A stretch of DNA of 64,000 nt from Candidatus Hermodarchaeota archaeon. Lineage in GTDB: Archaea > Asgardarchaeota > Thorarchaeia > Thorarchaeales > Thorarchaeaceae. Below the pieces are notes generated by a model. The model was given only the letters and a program-made list of their open reading frames with translations, ran no database searches and was not told where the DNA came from. Where the stretch lies: positions 32,001 through 96,000 of the forward strand of contig JBHLLF010000001.1 in the NCBI GenBank assembly GCA_048885865.1, written 5' to 3'. A program made the position numbers and the translations under genes. Below are positions 8,917 through 17,398 of the stretch, one piece after another (position 1 is the first letter of the stretch; each line of letters starts with the position of its first letter).

Positions 8917-9069
8917 AATCCATTCCTCCTTCTGCTTGTAACTTTCTTGATAAAGGGCTCTAAAAGGATGTTCCTTCTGAGCAACACTTCCACAACATGA
9001 TATTCGAAATACTCATCTTCATAGCGTGCTGTAGGATATTTCGAGCAGCATCAAGAAGAGGAAATCAAG

Positions 9070-9612
9070 TTGTCTGTGCCAGCTTATAAAGTGCTTCTAG
9101 TAGGAGATGCAAATGTGGGCAAATCCTCTTTGATTAGAAGGATGCTGCTTGGTGAGTTTGACCCTGACTATACTACAACCATAGGCGTGGACCTTAGCGC
9201 TATTGCCATCAACGTCGATCCCATCACGCCTGTGATTTTAACGGCAATTGACTTGGGTGGCCAAGAGGACTTCAGCAAGTTAAGAACCCAATACTACAAG
9301 GGAGCTCACTATGCGATAATGGTATATGATATAGGAAATCGAAACTCGTTTGATCATATCCCTGCTTGGATACACGGTCTGATGACAAATGTGGAGCTGA
9401 GGGATAAGCAGACCTTTCCATGCATGCTTGTTGGCAACAAATCTGATATGGACTCTGAGCGTGAAATCACAGTGGTGGAAGGACGACTAGTTGCCAACTC
9501 AAGGGGTTGGCCATTCTATGAGGCAAGCGCAAAGTCTGGAGATAATGTTAATGAGATATTCCTAAGAATTGCAAAATACCTTTTCGCGAAGTATCCCCCA
9601 GTCAGAAAGTAG
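9070..9612 (+). CDS. Rab-like small GTPase (eukaryotic signature protein)
   Basis: G1 GDANVGKS, G2 TTIGVD, G3 DLGGQE, G4 NKSD, G5 SAK. No C-terminal prenylation Cys. Confidence 0.93.
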   Translation: MSVPAYKVLLVGDANVGKSSLIRRMLLGEFDPDYTTTIGVDLSAIAINVDPITPVILTAIDLGGQEDFSKLRTQYYKGAHYAIMVYDIGNRNSFDHIPAWIHGLMTNVELRDKQTFPCMLVGNKSDMDSEREITVVEGRLVANSRGWPFYEASAKSGDNVNEIFLRIAKYLFAKYPPVRK

Positions 9613-9699
9613 GATTTTTTAGGGAGTTTCAATGGCGGCCTACTTCGCTCGTCATAATTGGCGACTAAAACTGGAGCGATTCCAGAGAAGGAATGTCGA

Positions 9700-11157
9700 A
9701 TGGCTGATTTGCCCATACTTAAGAATTACATCAATGGAGAATGGGTTGAGTCCATCTCCTCCGACATCAGAGATGTCCGGAACCCTGCAACTGGCGAAGT
9801 CATTGCTAAGGTCCCTATGAGTACAATCGAGGAAACCGAGGCAGCGATTGAAGCAGCACACAAGGCCTTTCCCAGATGGAGGCGGACTATTCCAATCACC
9901 AGAGCTAGATACTTCTTTGAGATGAAGAATCTCATGGAAGAACGATTCGAGGAACTAGCTGAACAGGTTGTGATTGAGAATGGAAAGATAATGGATGAGG
10001 CTCGAGGTGAGATTCGGCGTGGGATTGAGAATGTGGAAGTCGCGACAGGTATTCCTTCATTGATGATGGGTTATAATGCAGAGGATGTCGCACCTGATAT
10101 TGATGAGATTGTCTTACGTCAGCCAATGGGTGTCTTCTTTTGCTTATCGCCTTTCAATTTTCCAAGCATGGTCCCGCTATGGTTTTTACCAACAGCGGTG
10201 GCAACAGGAAACACCTACATCCTGAAACCCTCTCCCATTGCTCCGATTAGTGCCATGAAGCTCTTTGAGATAATAGACGAAATCGGTTTCCCTCCAGGCG
10301 TTATCAACCTGGTTAATGGCGACATCGATTCCGCCAACACTCTTTTGGATAGTCCCCTAACGAAGGGTGTTTCTTTTGTTGGTTCAACTCCAGTTGGAAA
10401 AATAGTCTATGAGAGAGCTGCAGCCAATGGCAAACGAGCACAGGTTCAAGCAGGTGCCAAGAACTTCCTGCTTGTTATGCCGGACGCGGATCTCGAACGT
10501 ACAGCATCGGCTCTTATGACTTCATGTTATGGATGCGCCGGAGAACGCTGCCTCGCAGGGGCGGTCATTCTGGCAATGGAGGAGATTCATGAAGAATTGG
10601 TCGAAATTCTTGTCGAGAAAGCCAAGATGATTCGAGTCGGTAATGGTCTTGAAGCAGGCGTCCAAATGGGGCCTGTGATCACCGCAAAAGCGAGAGATAG
10701 AACATTCGACTTCATTGAGAGCGGTGTAAAGGAAGGTGCCAATTTGCTCCTAGATGGTAGAAATGTCAAGGTCGAAGGACACGAATCTGGTTTCTTTGTG
10801 GGTCCAACGATATTCGACGAGGTCACGCCTGACATGCGGATTGCCAAGGAGGAGATATTCGGTCCGGTGATGTCAGTAGTGAAAGTGAAGAGCTATGAGG
10901 AAGCTCTGGACATTATTCATGCTAGTCCATTTGGCAATGCATCTTCTATCTTTACCTCCAGTGGAGGATGGGCAAGGAGATTCTCATATGAGGTACCAAC
11001 CGGGAATGTTGGCGTAAACATAGGTATCGCAGCTCCAGTGGCTCATTTTCCATTCTCTGGGATGAAGGACTCATTCTTTGGAGATCTGCACGGTCAGGGA
11101 AGAGATGCAATTCGATTCTTCACCGAGGACAAAGTAGTTATCACACGTTGGTTCTAG
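9700..11157 (+). CDS. mmsA: CoA-acylating methylmalonate-semialdehyde dehydrogenase
   Basis: PFNFPSMVPLW, SFVGST, GAKN, GERC, EEIFGPV, FSGMKDSFFGDLH. Start placed at MADLP. Confidence 0.9.
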   Translation: MADLPILKNYINGEWVESISSDIRDVRNPATGEVIAKVPMSTIEETEAAIEAAHKAFPRWRRTIPITRARYFFEMKNLMEERFEELAEQVVIENGKIMDEARGEIRRGIENVEVATGIPSLMMGYNAEDVAPDIDEIVLRQPMGVFFCLSPFNFPSMVPLWFLPTAVATGNTYILKPSPIAPISAMKLFEIIDEIGFPPGVINLVNGDIDSANTLLDSPLTKGVSFVGSTPVGKIVYERAAANGKRAQVQAGAKNFLLVMPDADLERTASALMTSCYGCAGERCLAGAVILAMEEIHEELVEILVEKAKMIRVGNGLEAGVQMGPVITAKARDRTFDFIESGVKEGANLLLDGRNVKVEGHESGFFVGPTIFDEVTPDMRIAKEEIFGPVMSVVKVKSYEEALDIIHASPFGNASSIFTSSGGWARRFSYEVPTGNVGVNIGIAAPVAHFPFSGMKDSFFGDLHGQGRDAIRFFTEDKVVITRWF

Positions 11158-11182
11158 ATGGAATAAGGAGCTAGACTGAGCC

Positions 11183-11617
11183 ATGGACCTTGGTACAACA
11201 GGGGCAATCCTTACTTTTGCCCTTGAGCTTGAGAAGGACATTGGGGCTTTCTATAGAAGGACTCTTCCTGGGGTGAGCAATGCCCATCTTAAGCAGGTTT
11301 TTGGAGAAATCCATCGGACCCAGAAAAAGCGAGAACGCCTCCTAAGTAGGCTGAGAAGAGAGAACGTCACAGAGATGATTCTTGAACCTATTCATGGGTT
11401 CGAAAGCGATGCTTTTGAAATGGCTATATCATCTGAAGTGCCTCATGATGACTCTTTCCTCAAATCAACTGCTATCAAGGTTGAAGAAACCTTACAATCA
11501 TTCTTTGCAGCAGCATCTGAGAAAACCACATTCCTTCCCGAAGTTAGTGATGAGTTCAAGAGGATATCAGAGGAGGCCGGCAAATATGCTGCTCTTCTGT
11601 TGTCAATTGAACCATAG
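11183..11617 (+). CDS. Ferritin-like/rubrerythrin-family protein
   Basis: FALELE...FY and IKVEE...FF helical repeats. His ligands appear degenerate. Confidence 0.65.
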   Translation: MDLGTTGAILTFALELEKDIGAFYRRTLPGVSNAHLKQVFGEIHRTQKKRERLLSRLRRENVTEMILEPIHGFESDAFEMAISSEVPHDDSFLKSTAIKVEETLQSFFAAASEKTTFLPEVSDEFKRISEEAGKYAALLLSIEP

Positions 11618-11659
11618 CCTATGAACACACACTTCTTCAAGCATCAGTCCTTGCATCGA

Positions 11660-12523
11660 TTAGAAATCAAAGATACTGCTGGAAAACTCGTCTTGAATTA
11701 TGTCCCTTCGCAGCTTCAATGGTATCTCTATGCTCTTGTCTAGACGCCAGGGAATGTCGAGTGTTACTTTTAGAATGTATAGGTGCTCGATGAGTTCCGA
11801 CTTGAAAGCTTCTGGCCATTCCTCCCCAGTCTTCACTGTCACATCCACCCAACTCTCTCTCAAGATTTTGTCTTCTTCCCAATACTGTTGATCCATCTCA
11901 TTATCGTTGTTTGTATCTCTCCCCTGAGGTGAAACTTTCTCTCTTAGAATGAGTTCCGCTCTAACTCCTCGGATATTTGTGTCACTGCCTACAAGATACC
12001 TGAAACGGATGTAATCTCCGCGTCGAATAGTGTTACTGTCCAATTCAACTCGCAAGAGATGTCTGCCTTCATTTGAGATTTCTTTCTGAATCATAGTCTG
12101 CTCCAATTCCACTGATTCTTTGGGTGGCGCAGTAACTACAATTCTCCGCTCAGTCTTGGGATCAAGAGCCCATTTGACCTCTATTTTGCCTTTGATTTCA
12201 TATCTAATCCAGCTATATGTGCCCTCAAAGCTAGATACTGATTCTTTCGGTAGTTCAAATGCAAACTCAAATCGAGTTTCTCCCTCCATTACGGTGGATT
12301 GATTAAAAATCTCAAGATAATAGGCGAAATATTCGAATTTCTCAAGAAACACTCGACGATGTTTGCCGCTACCTACAACCACTCTTGACTGTTCAGTACA
12401 GCTAAAGACTAGATTCACTGACTCACAGTCGAAGTCGTCATCGCAAACAACAATCGCATGTCCTTCAACGCGCTCTCCAGGTGAATATTCCTCTTTTGGC
12501 AGATGAATGGATATCTCTCTCAA
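11660..12523 (-). CDS. Arrestin-fold (SpoOM/alpha-arrestin-like) protein
   Basis: YSPGERVEG...FEFAFELP...SFEG...IRYEIK, plus a second similar domain (HLYILKVTLDIPWRLD). Confidence 0.75.
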   Translation of the reverse strand: MREISIHLPKEEYSPGERVEGHAIVVCDDDFDCESVNLVFSCTEQSRVVVGSGKHRRVFLEKFEYFAYYLEIFNQSTVMEGETRFEFAFELPKESVSSFEGTYSWIRYEIKGKIEVKWALDPKTERRIVVTAPPKESVELEQTMIQKEISNEGRHLLRVELDSNTIRRGDYIRFRYLVGSDTNIRGVRAELILREKVSPQGRDTNNDNEMDQQYWEEDKILRESWVDVTVKTGEEWPEAFKSELIEHLYILKVTLDIPWRLDKSIEIPLKLRRDIIQDEFSSSIFDF

Positions 12524-12646
12524 ACCTACTACCCCTTTCCCATCAGGAAGTCTTTCATTGCTTTGAGCCTATTTGGAAATAAATGCAGAAAAACACTTGC
12601 CAGAATATTGAAATTGGACACTTTGGGAGCCATCTCGAGTCGGGTA

Positions 12647-14167
12647 CTAGAACCCAAACATATGAGCATACCTGTGTTCAAGGAAATCGAGGAACGGGTT
12701 TGCATCAAGTTCGCTTCCAGTAACATGCTTGACCAAATCTGCAGGATCATATATTGCAGCTTTGCTCATGATGTTCTCTGCAAGCCAGCTAAGAATTGGA
12801 TTAAGCTCTCCTCTAGAGATATAGCTACTCCACTCTGGCAAGTCTTTATTCATCTGCTGAATCCATTGACCATCATACACATTTCCAAGTGCATAGCTTG
12901 GGAAGTAGCCGTAGGAGCCACCACCCCAGTGCGTGTCCTGGAGAACTCCTTCAGCATCATCTTTCACGTCCACACCGAGGTACTCTGAATATTTCTCGTT
13001 CCAAACCTGTGGTAGCTCGGGAACGGATATTTTGTCAGCAAACAATGCCTTCTCTATCTCGAACCGAATGATGATGTGAAGTGAGTATGTCACCTCATCG
13101 GCATCGATGCGTATCAAGGATGGCTTAACTAGGTTCATGCCTCTAACGAAGTCGATCAGGTCGATGTCTGAAAATGCATTATCTGTGAAATTGTTGAGTC
13201 TTGGAAGATAGTACTCCCAGAACTGGGGAGTTCTGCCAATGATATTCTCAATGAACCTCGACATCGACTCATGAATACCGTAACTCGCAGCAACACCTAC
13301 GGGCTGATACATATAGTCCCTGTTTAAGCCTTGTTCATAAAGCGCATGGCCTCCCTCATGAAGCATTGCGAAGACAAGTGATGGAAGATTGTCTTCGTAA
13401 TAATGAACTGTTACCCTGACATCATCATAGTAGCCAATTGTGAAGGGATGTTCAGTTTCATCTATGCGGCCTCCAGCTCTATCCGAAGTGGTATCGTACC
13501 CAATGAGATTTGCGAGGTCAGTAGCAATCTTGCGTTGGATGTCGATTGGTATCTTTCTTGATAGAAAACTCGCATCCACATCTTCCGAAGCATTTGCACA
13601 TTTCTGAACCAAAGGAACAAGGCGATCTTTGAGCTGCGAAAAAACCTTGTCAATCATACCGGCGGTCATATTCCTTTCATATTGATCCAGCATCGAATCA
13701 TAGATTGTTGAGCTACCCTTGACTTTCATTGCAATCTCTTCTTTCTCACGAGAGATATCGACAAGTTTCTGAAGCTCTGGCTCAAACATCTTCCAGTCCT
13801 TTGCAGCCTTCGCCTTCTTCCACACGTCAGTGGCTATTGCCTGCTGCTTGGTGAGTCGACCTATCAACTCAGAAGGAATCTTTGTGTTTATGTCATATTC
13901 TCTTCTTGAAAGGAACAAATTGCGCTTCTGTACCTCGTTCAAGTCTTGCTCATTCTCAGCTGCTTCCAGAAGCTTTCCTATTTCATGAGAGGTTGATTTC
14001 TCGTGTGCAATTTTACTTAGCACGGATATCTGTTCACTCCTCAATTGAATACCCGCAGGAGGCATGTAGGTCTCAAGATCCCAATAGATTGCTCCCAGGG
14101 AGGTCTCAACAAGGGCAACCTCTTTTCTCTTCTCCATCAATTCATCATATGCATTCATATCGTACAC
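12647..14167 (-). CDS. Carboxypeptidase M32
   Basis: HPF, HEGGHALYEQG, HESMS, IRIDADE, GYFPSYALG. Confidence 0.95.
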   Translation of the reverse strand: MYDMNAYDELMEKRKEVALVETSLGAIYWDLETYMPPAGIQLRSEQISVLSKIAHEKSTSHEIGKLLEAAENEQDLNEVQKRNLFLSRREYDINTKIPSELIGRLTKQQAIATDVWKKAKAAKDWKMFEPELQKLVDISREKEEIAMKVKGSSTIYDSMLDQYERNMTAGMIDKVFSQLKDRLVPLVQKCANASEDVDASFLSRKIPIDIQRKIATDLANLIGYDTTSDRAGGRIDETEHPFTIGYYDDVRVTVHYYEDNLPSLVFAMLHEGGHALYEQGLNRDYMYQPVGVAASYGIHESMSRFIENIIGRTPQFWEYYLPRLNNFTDNAFSDIDLIDFVRGMNLVKPSLIRIDADEVTYSLHIIIRFEIEKALFADKISVPELPQVWNEKYSEYLGVDVKDDAEGVLQDTHWGGGSYGYFPSYALGNVYDGQWIQQMNKDLPEWSSYISRGELNPILSWLAENIMSKAAIYDPADLVKHVTGSELDANPFLDFLEHRYAHMFGF

Positions 14168-14216
14168 CAGAATCTATCGGTAGTCCAAGTACTGATTCAG
14201 CTGGTCCTAGGCCTAG

Positions 14217-15143
14217 TTATTTTTCTTCCGAAATAGTGGTTGCATTATCATCCCCGACCGGGTAATTGATTATGAGAATGCCGCCAATTACAAGAGCTAA
14301 TCCAAGGGCAAAAGTCCAGTAGATGATTTCGCCAAGAATCAAAAAGGAAAGTGATGTGCCAAAGACAGGCACCAAGTTGATGAATCCACCAGTTTTAGTT
14401 GCGCCAATTTGTCTTATTGATTCGAAATAGAAGAGGAATCCAACGAAGGTGACAAAACCTCCCAAATAGACTACATTGATCCAAAACAATGGGTCTGCCA
14501 TGGCAGGGAGAATCCAGAACTGTTCTGTAGTTGCGCTGAATCCAAACAACATACAGCCCACAAAAACTCCAGCAGCAGTCACTTCCACTGGAGACATTGT
14601 CTTCATTGCTTCCTTGCCAATAGAAGAGTAAAGACCCCAGGTCATCATTGCGCAAAGAATAATGAGATTACCGATTAGATAGTCCAATCTGAACTCGATG
14701 AGAGCTTGAACCCCTACGACAAAGATGATGCCTGTGAACGCCAATGCGAAACCTGCATATTGCCATCTCTTACTTAGACGCTCGTTGTGGATCAAGTGGG
14801 CGAATAAGCTTACAGTTGCTGGGTTGAAGCCTGCAATTATTGCCCCCTGTGCCGCGGTAGTGAATTGCATACCAGTAAGAAAGAAGACGCCGTATCCATA
14901 GATGCCTGTCAACCCCACTAGAAACAGGATCTTAGCGCGTTGTCTAGTGAAAAGCCTGAATGGTGATTGCCCTTGGATGGCCAAGAGGATGATGAATAGA
15001 ACACTGGCGATAAGGAACCGAAAGAAACCAATGGTGAGTGGTGGGGCAATTGCTACCAATATCTTAGCTGAAACCCATGAACCTCCCCAGAAGAACATAG
15101 CAAGGACGAGGGCTATGTAATATTTGAGAGGCCGGTTTGCCAT
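14217..15143 (-). CDS. DMT/EamA family transporter
   Basis: Ten TM segments; FWGGSW, RFLIA, NLVPVFG. Start placed at MANRP. Confidence 0.9.
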   Translation of the reverse strand: MANRPLKYYIALVLAMFFWGGSWVSAKILVAIAPPLTIGFFRFLIASVLFIILLAIQGQSPFRLFTRQRAKILFLVGLTGIYGYGVFFLTGMQFTTAAQGAIIAGFNPATVSLFAHLIHNERLSKRWQYAGFALAFTGIIFVVGVQALIEFRLDYLIGNLIILCAMMTWGLYSSIGKEAMKTMSPVEVTAAGVFVGCMLFGFSATTEQFWILPAMADPLFWINVVYLGGFVTFVGFLFYFESIRQIGATKTGGFINLVPVFGTSLSFLILGEIIYWTFALGLALVIGGILIINYPVGDDNATTISEEK

Positions 15144-15256
15144 GTTTGGAGGTCTCCTAAGAGCTAAAAGTCGACGAGGTGCCTTAGATTTAAAGCAACC
15201 TGAATGCGCTGAATTCATTGTCAAACCGAAGAATTCATATTCTAATGTATGGAACT

Positions 15257-15282
15257 CGACTGTGCAGAACTTTGCACAGTCG
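15257..15282. promoter_or_regulatory. Perfect 10-bp inverted repeat upstream of thioredoxin
   Basis: cgactgtgca-N6-tgcacagtcg, 12 nt before the ATG. Confidence 0.5.
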
Positions 15283-15294
15283 CAGGGACTCGAG

Positions 15295-15717
15295 ATGCTA
15301 AACGACGACGAGCTTGAGGCAATTCGAAGGCGAAAGATGGAGCTCTTGATGGAAAGGGCGGCACAGCCTAAAGTAGAAGAGCCTCTTTCACAAGGCCAAG
15401 TTCAACTTCTTACTGATGCAACATTCTGGAATACTGTTTCCCAGACTAAAACAGCTTTAATCGATTTTTTTGGCGAATGGTGTGCTCCGTGTAGACAACT
15501 TGTGCCGATATTCAATCTTCTTGCCCAGGACTACAAAGGAAAGGTCTACTTTGGCAAGATTGACATCGACAAAAACCCAAGAACAACTGTTCAATTTGGT
15601 GTGCAATCAGTACCTATGGTCATAGGCTTCAAGCATGGCAAACCAGTGGGCAAGCTGCCTGGATTAAGACCATACGATGACTACGATACGGTTGTCGAGA
15701 AGCTCCTTGCTGCCTAA
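15295..15717 (+). CDS. trxA: Thioredoxin with N-terminal helical extension
   Basis: WCAPC, GVQSVP, and N-terminal DDELEAIRRRKM. Confidence 0.9.
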   Translation: MLNDDELEAIRRRKMELLMERAAQPKVEEPLSQGQVQLLTDATFWNTVSQTKTALIDFFGEWCAPCRQLVPIFNLLAQDYKGKVYFGKIDIDKNPRTTVQFGVQSVPMVIGFKHGKPVGKLPGLRPYDDYDTVVEKLLAA

Positions 15718-15728
15718 GGAAGATCTAG

Positions 15729-16586
15729 TTATTTTGCGAATGATTTGGTATTATCCAGATTTTCAGCAACAACCGTCGTGGGCATTGCCTTGGCATTCGT
15801 CGCCTTCGACCAGTTTCCATTCCTATCTGCCATTACGAGTCCAGCTTCACTTCCAGTCTTCGTTTCAAAGAGATTCATCGCTTTATTCGCCGCTGATTGG
15901 ATATCCAAATCTTGCTCAACATAGAGCACAGCCATCCTTGTGAGAGTGACCCTCATGATGTGTTCGCCCCATCCAGTGGCAGTGGCACCGCATATCTCAT
16001 TTGCATAAGCTCCAGCACCCATCACTGGAGAATCACCAACTCTTCCGGGAATCTTCTTTGATATGCCGCCTGTGGATGAAGTCGCTGCAATGTTGCCATG
16101 GGAATCGACAGCAACACATCCAACCGTATCTGCTCCATCTGCTTCAAAGAGCGGCAAAACGACACCAGGTTCCTTCTCATCACGATAGCCTTCTGATATC
16201 ATCTGGTTGTAAACGCGATTGGCGTTCCCCCCAGCGAAGAAGGCATAGTCAGTCTTCTCCATGATGTATCTCGCCAGTGAAACTGGATTCTGGATGTCGC
16301 ATATTGCTGCAACTGATCCAAATGTAAGAGTGCTTCCATCGATTATCATGGCGTCCAGCTCTCTCACTCCGTCGAGGTTCGCTCGTGCCCCTAGTCCTGC
16401 ATTGAGCTGCCCACAGCTCTCCATGAATACCGTGCACGCCTCAGCGGCATCAAGAGCTGTTCCTCCCTTTTCAAATGCCACAAAGCCCAATTTGGCAGCT
16501 TTCTCGACATGTTCTATGCCTATAGGAATCCTCTCATCTTTCCAATCGCCAGCCCCACCGTGGACTATTATCATTGGCAGCTTCAT
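15729..16586 (-). CDS. Isoaspartyl peptidase/L-asparaginase (Ntn hydrolase)
   Basis: VHGGAG, ELDAMIIDG, DTVGCV, STGG, GRVGDSP. Confidence 0.92.
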   Translation of the reverse strand: MKLPMIIVHGGAGDWKDERIPIGIEHVEKAAKLGFVAFEKGGTALDAAEACTVFMESCGQLNAGLGARANLDGVRELDAMIIDGSTLTFGSVAAICDIQNPVSLARYIMEKTDYAFFAGGNANRVYNQMISEGYRDEKEPGVVLPLFEADGADTVGCVAVDSHGNIAATSSTGGISKKIPGRVGDSPVMGAGAYANEICGATATGWGEHIMRVTLTRMAVLYVEQDLDIQSAANKAMNLFETKTGSEAGLVMADRNGNWSKATNAKAMPTTVVAENLDNTKSFAK

Positions 16587-16709
16587 CGTACTCAAGTAGA
16601 TGTTCCCGCTTAACCTATTACTAAGGATTTTCATGCCAAATGCACTGATGCATGATGAGTCCTATGACACCTGACCTGGCAACGAGAATTATCTTCCCAC
16701 TTTCTTTGA

Positions 16710-16937
16710 TTGCCTTTGGAGGTATTCACATTGACCAAGGATTATAAAGATTCTAAAGCCGAGTCGGAAGATCGTCTGAAGTTCTGGTCTAATTTTCTTA
16801 ATACTGAGGAGGGCCGCCTGATTGTGGGGGATCTGGGTGAAGATGAGGTGAAGCATTTTCACGCTGATGGCTTTCTGTTTGAACTAAGAAGAGGAAAAGA
16901 AGGTCGGATACTAGTAAAGCTTGCAGACACGGATTAG
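16710..16937 (+). CDS. Small hypothetical protein
   Basis: 75-aa ORF with protein-like composition. Real start may be the later TTG after GGAGGT. Confidence 0.5.
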   Translation: MPLEVFTLTKDYKDSKAESEDRLKFWSNFLNTEEGRLIVGDLGEDEVKHFHADGFLFELRRGKEGRILVKLADTD

Positions 16938-16946
16938 ACTTAACGT

Positions 16947-17366
16947 TCACTCGATGATAGCAGGGAGAGTTACTGTGAAAACAGTTCCTTGAGTGTAATC
17001 TCCCTCAACCCGATCGCTGACAACTATGGTTCCGCCAAAAGCATCTGTCAATGCATAGACCATTGAGAGTCCCAGGCCAGTCCCTTCTGCCCCTTCCATG
17101 AATCGCTGGAAAAGTGTCGCTTTCTTCTCAGGTTCAATTACTTTTCCAAAGTCGATAACTCTGGTTGCCCAAAATGAATCGGGTCCCATTCTAATTTGCT
17201 CAATCTCTACAATGATTCTCCTATGCTCTCGGGAGTAGGCGATTGCATTCCTAAACAGGTTATAGAAGAGATCACTTAGAAGTCCATTGGCAGTGACGAA
17301 GCACTTCGAAGAGCTGCCTATTGGCGAATTAAAGGCTATTCTGATTACAATCTCTTTATATCTCAC
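16947..17366 (-). pseudogene. Truncated histidine-kinase ATPase (HATPase_c) fragment
   Basis: NLFRNA, DFGKV (degenerate G1) and GTGLGL are present. No HisKA or sensor domain, and the 5' end abuts the GRE promoter. Confidence 0.65.
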
Positions 17367-17398
17367 AGTGAGCCTTTACAGTTCTGGAGGCCATACTG

